Shown here in pieces: positions 48,791 through 57,087 of a DNA stretch of 64,000 nucleotides. Every line of letters starts with the position of its first letter. The first letter of the stretch is position 1. Source of the stretch: an uncultured archaeon (GTDB lineage Archaea > Asgardarchaeota > Heimdallarchaeia > Heimdallarchaeales > Kariarchaeaceae). The notes beneath the pieces are model-generated. The model ran no database searches. It was not told where the DNA came from and saw only the letters and a program-made list of their open reading frames with translations. The stretch spans positions 1-64,000 of the forward strand of contig CAZYCQ010000001.1 of NCBI GenBank assembly GCA_964645535.1, read 5' to 3'. Made by a program: the position numbers and the translations under genes.

Positions 48791-50074
48791 ATGATTGATC
48801 CTAAACTAATTCGAGAAAATCCAGATTTTGTCAAGCAAAATCTTGCTCGACGACAAAATGAAGAATACCTGAAAATGGTGGATGAATTCCTAGAGAAAGA
48901 TGAGAAATGGAGACACATAACCAAAGAGGTTGAAGCCCTCAGAAGAGAAAGAAACACCTTTTCCAAAAAAATACCTAAACTTCAAGGAGAGGAGAGAACA
49001 CAAGCCGTCAAAAAGATGAAGGATCTTAAGGCACAACTTGACCAAAAGGAAAAGGAACTGCAGGAAATAGAAGAGAGAAGAAAATGGTTACTTGATAGAA
49101 TTCCAAACCTTCTCCATGAAACAGTACCATTTGGTGAAAGTGATGAGGACAATGTACCTATAAGAACATGGGGAGAAAAACCAACCTTTGATTTTGAACC
49201 CAAAGACCACCATGAACTTCTTGAATTAAATAATCTTGCAGATGTCGATCGTGCAAGAAAAGTTTCGGGAGCACGGTTCTATTACCTCAAAAATGAAGCC
49301 ACAATTCTTGAACTTGCTTTGATTCAATTTACCTTGAACATTCTGAAAGAAGAGGGGTTCACTCTTTTTACCCCACCCACTTTGGTGAGAGAAAGAGCCC
49401 TATATGGTACAGGTTTCCTGCCAACAGGAGCTGAAGACATTTACCGAATTGAAGGAGAGGATTTGAATCTAATCGGGACAAGTGAAGTTGCTTTAGGCGC
49501 CTACCATATGGATGAGACACTTCTAGAGGATCAGTTGCCCCTGAATTATTGCGGTATCTCAAATTGCTATAGAACTGAGGCATCCGCCTCAACAAAAGAT
49601 GATAAAGGAATTTTCAGGGTTCATGAATTCAAAAAGGTGGAAATGTTCAAGTTTGCTCACCCAGAACGTTCATGGGATGAACAAGAAGAGATGATACGGA
49701 TTGCAGAACGGGTATTTCAAGAATTGGGAATTCATTATCGAGTTGTCAATATCTGCACGGGAGATATTGGAGCAGTTGCAGCAAGGAAGTATGACATAGA
49801 AGCATGGATGCCAGGACAGGGACGATACAGGGAAGTCGTGTCCTGCTCGAATTGTACGGATTATCAGGCAAGAAGGCTGAACGTCAAGTACCGTGAAAAA
49901 GAAGGTGCTCCTCCAAAAGGGTTTGTTCATACTCTGAATTCAACCGCCATTGCAACAACACGTGCAATTGTTGCAATTCTCGAGAATTACCAGCAAAAGG
50001 ATGGAAGTATTGTTATTCCTGAAAAACTAAGAAGGTACACTGGATTTGACAAAATCAGTCCAATCAACGCTTGA
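48791..50074 (+). CDS. serS: Serine--tRNA ligase (standard type)
   Basis: MIDPKLIREN, IPNL, SGARFYY, GTSE, GIFRVHEFKKVE, KYDIEAW, SCSNCTDYQARR, HTLNST. Start at ATG 48791. Confidence 0.97.
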   Translation: MIDPKLIRENPDFVKQNLARRQNEEYLKMVDEFLEKDEKWRHITKEVEALRRERNTFSKKIPKLQGEERTQAVKKMKDLKAQLDQKEKELQEIEERRKWLLDRIPNLLHETVPFGESDEDNVPIRTWGEKPTFDFEPKDHHELLELNNLADVDRARKVSGARFYYLKNEATILELALIQFTLNILKEEGFTLFTPPTLVRERALYGTGFLPTGAEDIYRIEGEDLNLIGTSEVALGAYHMDETLLEDQLPLNYCGISNCYRTEASASTKDDKGIFRVHEFKKVEMFKFAHPERSWDEQEEMIRIAERVFQELGIHYRVVNICTGDIGAVAARKYDIEAWMPGQGRYREVVSCSNCTDYQARRLNVKYREKEGAPPKGFVHTLNSTAIATTRAIVAILENYQQKDGSIVIPEKLRRYTGFDKISPINA

Positions 50075-51896
50075 ATTTTCTTTTTATCCAGACTAGAATT
50101 AATGGAGCAATTAGAATTGCATAGAAGGGAATAGGACTAGAATTGGCAGAATCGGGAGTAGCTAATCTTGTTAATATTTCAACCTGATCTGCCCTTCCAG
50201 TAAATATTTCTGTTGAATCTCCATGGCTATTTTGATCTGGGATCAAGGTGGAGAGGATCATTGCAGTATAATCTGGGACTAGCAAACCATATTGAATTCC
50301 AAGCGAGACAATCTGTTGTTTGAATTCGTCGGTACCAATCAATGTGTTCAATCCAACCAAGTACTGTATCCTTTGGAGCGCCCACATCTTTTCAGCATAG
50401 GGTTGTCCGCCTTCCGTTATCAGGGCATTTTCAGAGACACGAAACGTCTCATTCCCTATCCGGTAATTAGCGGTGATGGTAACATTTTGTTCCACAAATT
50501 TTCCAGAAACAACAATTTCACTGCCATTTGATAAAGCAAGGAAACCGGAGGTAAGATTGATATTAAGACTTTCAAGAACGACACCTGCGGTAAAGGTGAA
50601 GGATATTTGATCGATTGGGGGTACATAAAGTTGTGAAAAGAGTGCAGAAATGGCATCACTTATCTCTTCATCGTTTCGAACCAATACGAATGTTCCATTG
50701 TTATCCAATGCAATTCCTTCTAGGAGTGCCTCCACACCAGATTCACCGATCGCAATAGTTGAAATGCCCACTCCCAAGGTATTGCTTTCTCTTGTATGAG
50801 ATCTGATGGCGTCGGGATCAGTAATTCCAGCAGTTGGTACACCATCAGATATGAGAATCATCAATTTTTCAGCATCTGATTCAAAAAATTGATTGAGCGA
50901 GACCGTAACGGCATCATAGATGTTCGTACTTGTCTGCGCATGGAGGGTTTCAACGAAACCGATTGCATCTTCTTTATTTTGTTCTGTTGCCGCCCTAACT
51001 TCCGCCCACATGGTTGTTGCCTCATCGCTGAAGGGGACAATATTGAATTGGTCATTAGGTCCCAAAGTTTCAATGATTTCCGTTAAGGCAAGCTTTGCCT
51101 GATCCAATCTAGTTCCACTCATTGAACCGGAGACATCAATGGTAAATATAATCTGCCTTGTTGATGGAGAATCTGCCAATTCAAGTTTCGGAGCCAAAAA
51201 GAAATTGAAGAATCCATTCGTCCCGTCTGAATAGGAAACTATGGAAGCACTAAGATCATAGTCTGAAAGGACATAATTCAAGGAAACAGCACTTGTGGGA
51301 AGTGCATCGTTCACAACCAATTTAAAACCATTTCCGATCCGCGTGAGAGATTGGCCTTCCAAACCCTTGACCTCTATTGCAAGCACGGTAGAGACTGTTG
51401 AAGTTATTTCCAAATCCACATCAAGTTGGAAGGACAAAACCGTGTCAGGGAGCAAGGGCAATAGATACCGTCCGAAGTCTCTTGTTAGCATACCCTCAAG
51501 GAATAATTTTACTTCCAAAGATTCTTTGACAGGGTTATTTATTGAAATAAGGTATTTGTCTTCGACAGGATCAATAAGCATTCCGACCTCTTCTGCGGTC
51601 ACAGTTTCATTGTAGATTTGTTCGGCTTCTTTGGCTTCTGTAACTCTACCCCATAGAGTAATGTTGGAATTGGATAGGGATGCATTACTCAGAAACAGAC
51701 CTTCTTGTCGAGGAAGAACGATGGTAAAATCCCTCTGTTCAGGCGCTACAATCAGACTATAAGTCAGATTGGCATAGTTGTCTTTTACTGTTCCCGAAAT
51801 GGACAAGTCCAGCCTATCTTGGCCTTGAGTGATTTGGGGAACAGATACGGTAATCATGAACACGATGATAAGGATTGAGAGTACTTTTTTTTCCAT
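50064..51896 (-). CDS. Secreted VIT + von Willebrand A domain protein (ITIH-like) with C-terminal membrane anchor
   Basis: Signal peptide; EAKEAEQIYNE (VIT); IDVSGSM MIDAS, STNIYDA, ISDG, KMWALQRI, YTAM; TM + KRKFKR. Confidence 0.9.
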   Translation of the reverse strand: MEKKVLSILIIVFMITVSVPQITQGQDRLDLSISGTVKDNYANLTYSLIVAPEQRDFTIVLPRQEGLFLSNASLSNSNITLWGRVTEAKEAEQIYNETVTAEEVGMLIDPVEDKYLISINNPVKESLEVKLFLEGMLTRDFGRYLLPLLPDTVLSFQLDVDLEITSTVSTVLAIEVKGLEGQSLTRIGNGFKLVVNDALPTSAVSLNYVLSDYDLSASIVSYSDGTNGFFNFFLAPKLELADSPSTRQIIFTIDVSGSMSGTRLDQAKLALTEIIETLGPNDQFNIVPFSDEATTMWAEVRAATEQNKEDAIGFVETLHAQTSTNIYDAVTVSLNQFFESDAEKLMILISDGVPTAGITDPDAIRSHTRESNTLGVGISTIAIGESGVEALLEGIALDNNGTFVLVRNDEEISDAISALFSQLYVPPIDQISFTFTAGVVLESLNINLTSGFLALSNGSEIVVSGKFVEQNVTITANYRIGNETFRVSENALITEGGQPYAEKMWALQRIQYLVGLNTLIGTDEFKQQIVSLGIQYGLLVPDYTAMILSTLIPDQNSHGDSTEIFTGRADQVEILTRLATPDSANSSPIPFYAILIAPLILVWIKRKFKR

Positions 51897-52037
51897 ACAT
51901 TAATCATTTGTTTCAAACATATATATCCCAATCGGGTATTATTGACATCCCCATAAATTGTATATAATGGATAAATTATTCCAATTCAAGCCATGTTGAG
52001 ACTAAATATAAATACAAGTTGTTCCGAGGGAGTATAG

Positions 52038-54230
52038 ATGCAGAAAACCGTACCTGATTCCCTTTTCAATTTATTTTATCGAGTAGAAGAGTTGAACTCA
52101 AATATTTACAAGAGTTCTGCATATCACGAGACTGCATCAATTTCCGATATTTGGGAGAAATTCATCACGGATGTTTTTCCTTTGTTGGTTAAGTTGCTTG
52201 AAGAAAGTTCTTTGCTCTTTGAACGATATTATGACGAGTTTCGGATCATCCAGGAAAACCAAGAGAATCAAGACATGAAGATTTTGACTCGTCTAAAAAA
52301 TATCATTGAATTAAGAGCTCATCTGGTTTTTCTTGCCTTTACATACAACAATTTTCTATCTGAAGGAATTTTTGATTTCAGATCTGAACATGCAACGGAT
52401 GGTAAGATTAAAGTCATCTCAAACCTTCATTCAATGCTTGATCTTTTTTTTGATATTAAGCTTCCCTTGGAACTATTCGAATCGATTTCGGATATTGCCA
52501 AACGTGCGCTTCATACCTTGAAAAATGAAAAACTAATCCCGATGATTGAGAGTACCTTGATAAGCAATCCAGATAACATTTTTTCTCTTTTGGAAGGCTG
52601 GCAGGAAATCGGGGATTTTTATAATCTCTCCCTCCCCAATCAAATCAAATTAATTGCAGAAGATTGGTGGTGGGAAGATCCTTTGGCTCTCTACCACCTT
52701 CATGATCAGGGAGAACGTTATTACCTGAAGATATTGGAGGTAATTTCCGCGTATCCTGACTTTGAATATAAAGAAAACTTGAAACAGGTAAAAGAACGCA
52801 GTATTCCCATTTCCAAAACATTGGCTTTTTACAACCTCTCCCGACATCATCTAAATGTAGCCATGGCGGCATTGCGTGAGGGAAATTTCAAAACCGCACG
52901 GGAATTTCTTGAACAGTCCTCAAATTTTGCACGGGTGGCATACGAAAACGTGATGAGCATAAGTTATTTCAAAGGGAAGGGTGAGATTCTTGAAGAAATC
53001 ACGGAACATCTCAGCCATGTTGAAAATCTAGTCAACCTTTCGGAAATTGCCTTGAAGTTTCAGGATCTTTTTGAAACCTATGATGTGAAAAAGCCGGAAA
53101 ATACATTGAATCTGATTAAGGAATTGATTGTCGATTTGGAAGGATTTTCAACGTATCAATCAAGAGATTATGCAACCATTATTCTATTATACAACATTTC
53201 ACTTTCAAACGGACAATTTGTCCTCTCCCGAAGGTCAAACCCTTCAACTTTCAGAAAAGAAATTCTCAAGCCATTTGAAACGTTCAAGCACACTGTTTAT
53301 AGCCGACTCCCCAATTTCTTTAATTTGGAAAATCCCCTTATTGTTCGAAAACATCAAGAGGAAATGGAAGAGATTCATTTTGTGTCGCTTTTTTTCCCAG
53401 GAGAGGTAGATGAAAAACAGAGTTTTGTGAAATTGGTTGAATCGATACAAAGGGTGCTAAAAGCAAAGGAATTAGATGAAAAAGTAGAAATCATCCAGCA
53501 GGACAATATCATTCTCTCAATTCTTCTTCAAACCCGGGCATACTTTTATTTGGTCTCTTCAGGAAAAACATTGGAACCATTGCTCAATGAACAGCTTCAA
53601 AAGATATTCCAGAGGTACATCTTTGAAACACAAAGCAAAGTGTTTCTCTTCCAAAACGATTTCAACCAGCTCATATTGCAGTATATTACCATTCATCAGA
53701 TTCTGCAAAGGTTTACTCTCATCGCAATTGGTTTACTTGAACAAAACCAACAAAAAGATGATACAATAATAGTATCAATAAAAAATGCAATAGAGGATGA
53801 CCAAAAGTTCTCCACATATATTGACCTTGTCCAAGAAGGGTATCTGAATTTGCTGAACATTGCATCAAATCAAGAAGACATTCCACCAGACCTAGTGGCA
53901 AAAATCAAAGCCAAGCTTGCATTGATAGATGCCATAAAAAAATTTTATGGAGCATTAAAAAATTTCTTTCTTGGATTGGCAACCACCATCCATGGAAAGC
54001 CAAGTAACGCCTTACAATTTTTCGGGAAAGCAAAGGATCAAGCCTTTGAAGCCGCAAGAATATTGGAACGAAATAGTACGGAGGAACCCCAGGAACAACT
54101 CCTGGAGGATATTTTTTCATTCGGTGTTCTCTCGCAACACCATGAAAATTCCCCGTCACAAGTTACAGTAAATATGAAAAACGTTGAGAAAATATTGCTT
54201 CTGCTTAAGGGAATAATTTTCAACCTCTAA
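52038..54230 (+). CDS. Large all-alpha (TPR-like solenoid) protein, unknown function
   Basis: 730 aa ORF; helical pairs such as ALREGNFKTAREFLEQSSNFA and ALQFFGKAKDQAFEAA. Confidence 0.65.
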   Translation: MQKTVPDSLFNLFYRVEELNSNIYKSSAYHETASISDIWEKFITDVFPLLVKLLEESSLLFERYYDEFRIIQENQENQDMKILTRLKNIIELRAHLVFLAFTYNNFLSEGIFDFRSEHATDGKIKVISNLHSMLDLFFDIKLPLELFESISDIAKRALHTLKNEKLIPMIESTLISNPDNIFSLLEGWQEIGDFYNLSLPNQIKLIAEDWWWEDPLALYHLHDQGERYYLKILEVISAYPDFEYKENLKQVKERSIPISKTLAFYNLSRHHLNVAMAALREGNFKTAREFLEQSSNFARVAYENVMSISYFKGKGEILEEITEHLSHVENLVNLSEIALKFQDLFETYDVKKPENTLNLIKELIVDLEGFSTYQSRDYATIILLYNISLSNGQFVLSRRSNPSTFRKEILKPFETFKHTVYSRLPNFFNLENPLIVRKHQEEMEEIHFVSLFFPGEVDEKQSFVKLVESIQRVLKAKELDEKVEIIQQDNIILSILLQTRAYFYLVSSGKTLEPLLNEQLQKIFQRYIFETQSKVFLFQNDFNQLILQYITIHQILQRFTLIAIGLLEQNQQKDDTIIVSIKNAIEDDQKFSTYIDLVQEGYLNLLNIASNQEDIPPDLVAKIKAKLALIDAIKKFYGALKNFFLGLATTIHGKPSNALQFFGKAKDQAFEAARILERNSTEEPQEQLLEDIFSFGVLSQHHENSPSQVTVNMKNVEKILLLLKGIIFNL

Positions 54231-54286
54231 TCATCAGGACCATAACGTTAAGTAAAAAAACAGGGAAAGAATAGAAGAAACAGCCT

Positions 54287-54359
54287 GCCATAGTAACTCA
54301 GTTGGTAGAGTGGCAGATTCGTAATCTGCAAGTCGCGGGTTCAAGTCCCGCCTATGGCT
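54287..54359 (+). tRNA. tRNA-Thr (anticodon CGT), no intron, CCA not encoded
   Basis: GCCATAG/CTATGGC acceptor stem, ACTC/GAGT D stem, GCAGA-TTCGTAA-TCTGC anticodon arm, GCGGG-TTCAAGT-CCCGC T arm, discriminator T. Confidence 0.97.
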
Positions 54360-54371
54360 TTACTAGTTTGA

Positions 54372-55088
54372 TCAGAGAGATGTGATCAACCTCTTTTCGT
54401 TTCCGTGTCGAATTTCAATAACCTTGCCTTTCTTGATATGTACAATCCTGTCTGCCTTTTCAGCCAAGGAGGGATCGTGGGTAACCAAAACCACTGTTGT
54501 ATTTTTCTCTTCATTCGCCCTGATAAGAAGATCAAATATTCGAGTTCCTGTATCAACATCAAGGCTACCTGTCGGTTCGTCTGCAAAAATAATCTGGGGT
54601 TCCGTCACCAATGCGCGAGCAATTGCAACTCGTTGCTTTTCCCCTCCAGAAAGCTCTTCCGGGCGATGATTTGCCCGTTCATCAAGACCAACCAATTCAA
54701 GATATTCCTCTACTTTCTGTTTCCTTTGGGAAGAAGTCATTTCCTTTAATCTCAAAGGAAGCTCGATATTTTGATAAGCAGTCAATACCGGGATCAAATT
54801 ATGGTCTTGGTAAATCGTGGATATGACATTTCTCCGGATTTCAGTCCTTACCGATTCTGGCGCTTTTGCAATTTCCTTTCCTTTGATCCAGACTTCACCG
54901 GAACTTGGACGGATCATGCAACTGAGAATATCAAGAAGTGTAGTTTTTCCTGATCCTGAATGCCCCACGATTGCGAGAAACTCACCATTCTCTATTTGAA
55001 AAGAGACATCGTCAAGAGCCCTGACAATATCTTTTTTCCTTCGGTATTCCTTGACCAAATTCTTAATTTCTATTGCAGGTTGCAACAA
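54372..55088 (-). CDS. ABC transporter ATPase, LolD/MacB-type
   Basis: GHSGSGKTT, HRPEELSGGEKQRVAIARA, ADEPTGSLD, VTHD. Confidence 0.92.
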   Translation of the reverse strand: MLQPAIEIKNLVKEYRRKKDIVRALDDVSFQIENGEFLAIVGHSGSGKTTLLDILSCMIRPSSGEVWIKGKEIAKAPESVRTEIRRNVISTIYQDHNLIPVLTAYQNIELPLRLKEMTSSQRKQKVEEYLELVGLDERANHRPEELSGGEKQRVAIARALVTEPQIIFADEPTGSLDVDTGTRIFDLLIRANEEKNTTVVLVTHDPSLAEKADRIVHIKKGKVIEIRHGNEKRLITSL

Positions 55089-55129
55089 TATTTCATTTGT
55101 AAAATCGTTTAAAAGGACTCATATCATTT

Positions 55130-55747
55130 CTAGTCTGCTTCTGGAAACTTCAGAACCTTAACTTTGTTGACTTCAAATACTTTGACGGGGAAATATTCCT
55201 CAACCTTTTCTTGGATTTGCTCTGCGAATTTGTTTTGGAGCAAATTAGTAACAAAGGATTGGAAAGTAAGATCACCCACTAGTTCCATTAGGGTTTCTTG
55301 CATGATTTTTCGGATTACCTTCTGTTCCGATGTTTTAACCCGAATAGGTGTAACACAGGTGAGCGTGATTCTCAGTTTAGATTTGTCTTTGAGTGTAAGA
55401 TTGTAAATTCCGTCAATTCGGGATCGGTGATTTCGGACTTGGGAACGGATGAAATCTCTTGAAAGCTCATAACGGAAGAATTCAGTATGAGCCACATTGC
55501 CTTTAAGATCAACGATTTTGAAAGTGATAAGTTTGTTCATGTCCTTGAAATTGGCGGTCAAGGTCATGAGGTCAATTTTCACCGTTCTTCCTATAATACT
55601 CTCCTCAGAACTTGATGGGGTTTCCCCTATCACCTTGTCATCAATGTACAAGGGGGTCTTGATTTCTACCCAAATCTTGTTTCTCCATTTTTCAATGGAG
55701 GACATTACTTTCTTTTTTCTGCGGGTTGCGCCTCTTCTTGCACTCAT
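55130..55747 (-). CDS. rps3ae: 30S ribosomal protein S3Ae (eS1)
   Basis: KWRNKIW, IGETP, GRTV, ELSRDFIRSQVRNHRSRID, IRKIM, FPV..EVNKVKV. Confidence 0.93.
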   Translation of the reverse strand: MSARRGATRRKKKVMSSIEKWRNKIWVEIKTPLYIDDKVIGETPSSSEESIIGRTVKIDLMTLTANFKDMNKLITFKIVDLKGNVAHTEFFRYELSRDFIRSQVRNHRSRIDGIYNLTLKDKSKLRITLTCVTPIRVKTSEQKVIRKIMQETLMELVGDLTFQSFVTNLLQNKFAEQIQEKVEEYFPVKVFEVNKVKVLKFPEAD

Positions 55748-55854
55748 TGGACTATTCCTCTAGTCGATGTATAATTGAGGATGAGATCGATTCCATTTTA
55801 AACTTACCATAAGTCACAGATCGAAGCTTTCAATTCTCCTGCCCAATAGGTGGT

Positions 55855-56043
55855 TCAGTATTTTCCCTCATATTGCCTGATCAAGTCACGCAGAGCCATC
55901 CGAATTACTTCCGATCTATTGGCGTACCGTTTCTTCCTAACCAATTCATCAATGGCATTGATCATTTCTGGTCTCATTTTTGCGGATGTGGGTTTCAACT
56001 CAGCTTTGGGTTCTTCATCGACAATATTTTGTTTTGGAGCCAT
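55855..56043 (-). CDS. Ribbon-helix-helix (CopG/CdrS-like) regulator
   Basis: TSAKMRPEMINAIDELV..YANRSEVIRMALRDLI. Confidence 0.85.
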   Translation of the reverse strand: MAPKQNIVDEEPKAELKPTSAKMRPEMINAIDELVRKKRYANRSEVIRMALRDLIRQYEGKY

Positions 56044-56134
56044 GATTAGTATGAGATATCAGAAAATTTAAACCTAGGTTTTACAATTTTTGGGGTCAAA
56101 AACATATTTAACAGCTTTTTCTCCATGGGGAATT

Positions 56135-56323
56135 GTGTGGTTTGTGATTCAATGCAGCAGGTATGAGTGTGCAAAATTCCTAGTGACTAAGGGGGGAACA
56201 AAAACAAGAAAATGTCCATATTGTAGGAGGGTGAATAAGGTGACGGATCGTCTAATTGCCAGATTCCAGACACAGGAAGAGGCGAGGGAATACGCCAAAA
56301 AGAAAAACATGATTGTTCCATAA
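56135..56323 (+). CDS. DUF1922-like zinc-ribbon protein
   Basis: FVIQC..CAKFL..TKTRKCPYC..EEAREY; probable GTG start at 56135. Confidence 0.7.
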   Translation: MWFVIQCSRYECAKFLVTKGGTKTRKCPYCRRVNKVTDRLIARFQTQEEAREYAKKKNMIVP

Positions 56324-56390
56324 CGTTACGGGGATAGCCCATCAGTAGTTCATATGTATATAGTTTCAAATATATCGCAAAGAAGTGTAA

Positions 56391-56999
56391 ATGATGAACC
56401 TCGCAAATTTCTTGAATGATGTATTTGTCATTCATGAAAATGGATACTGCCTTTTTCATGAGAGTTATGGCAATTCTGATTTCAAGGTCGATGGTGTGGT
56501 TATCAGTGGGTTTTTGTCTGCGATTGATTCTTTTACACATAATTGGGATTCCGGTGCAAGAAAGTTAGAAACCGATAATTACCGATTGATATATCATCGA
56601 AGAGAAGACCTGATCTACGTTGCTCGAGTTCCTCGAACCGTTGATGAGGAAACGATCTTCAATTTTCTTCAGGAAATCTCAATGAAAATGGAAAAACTTG
56701 TCCCAAAATCCTTAGAGCTGAATGGAAATGTTGAACCATTCAAGATTATTAGCCAATTGGTATATCAATATTTCAGCGGTATACGTGCGCCATTGACAAT
56801 GGAAACATCGCTGGAAATTAGTGGAAAGACCTTGAGAATCAAAAATCCCTATGAGGCTAAAATTTTCTCCTATCTTAGACTGAAAGGACGGGTGAAGCTA
56901 AGAAAAGTTGTTGAAGCCTTGAAAATCCCTGAGGAAAAAGCCATGCTTGCTACCAAGCAATTGATGGAAAAAGAGCTGATCAAGGTCGCAGTCTCTTAA
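56391..56999 (+). CDS. Longin-domain protein with C-terminal winged helix
   Basis: VFVIHENGYCLFHESY..ISGFLSAIDSF..LIY..LIYVARV longin pattern; EAKIFSYLRLKGRVKLRKV..LMEKELI wH. Confidence 0.75.
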   Translation: MMNLANFLNDVFVIHENGYCLFHESYGNSDFKVDGVVISGFLSAIDSFTHNWDSGARKLETDNYRLIYHRREDLIYVARVPRTVDEETIFNFLQEISMKMEKLVPKSLELNGNVEPFKIISQLVYQYFSGIRAPLTMETSLEISGKTLRIKNPYEAKIFSYLRLKGRVKLRKVVEALKIPEEKAMLATKQLMEKELIKVAVS

Positions 57000-57087
57000 A
57001 TTCCATAAAAGCAGATTTTTATGTTTGATTAATGATGTTTTTATTTTCTTGACTCACCTATTAGAATGGAACAGCCGAGTGGACACA

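Noticed and set aside
54287-54359. tRNA-Thr as an integration site
   Set aside because: No integrase and no duplicated tRNA 3' end seen; a ribosomal protein gene lies close by.
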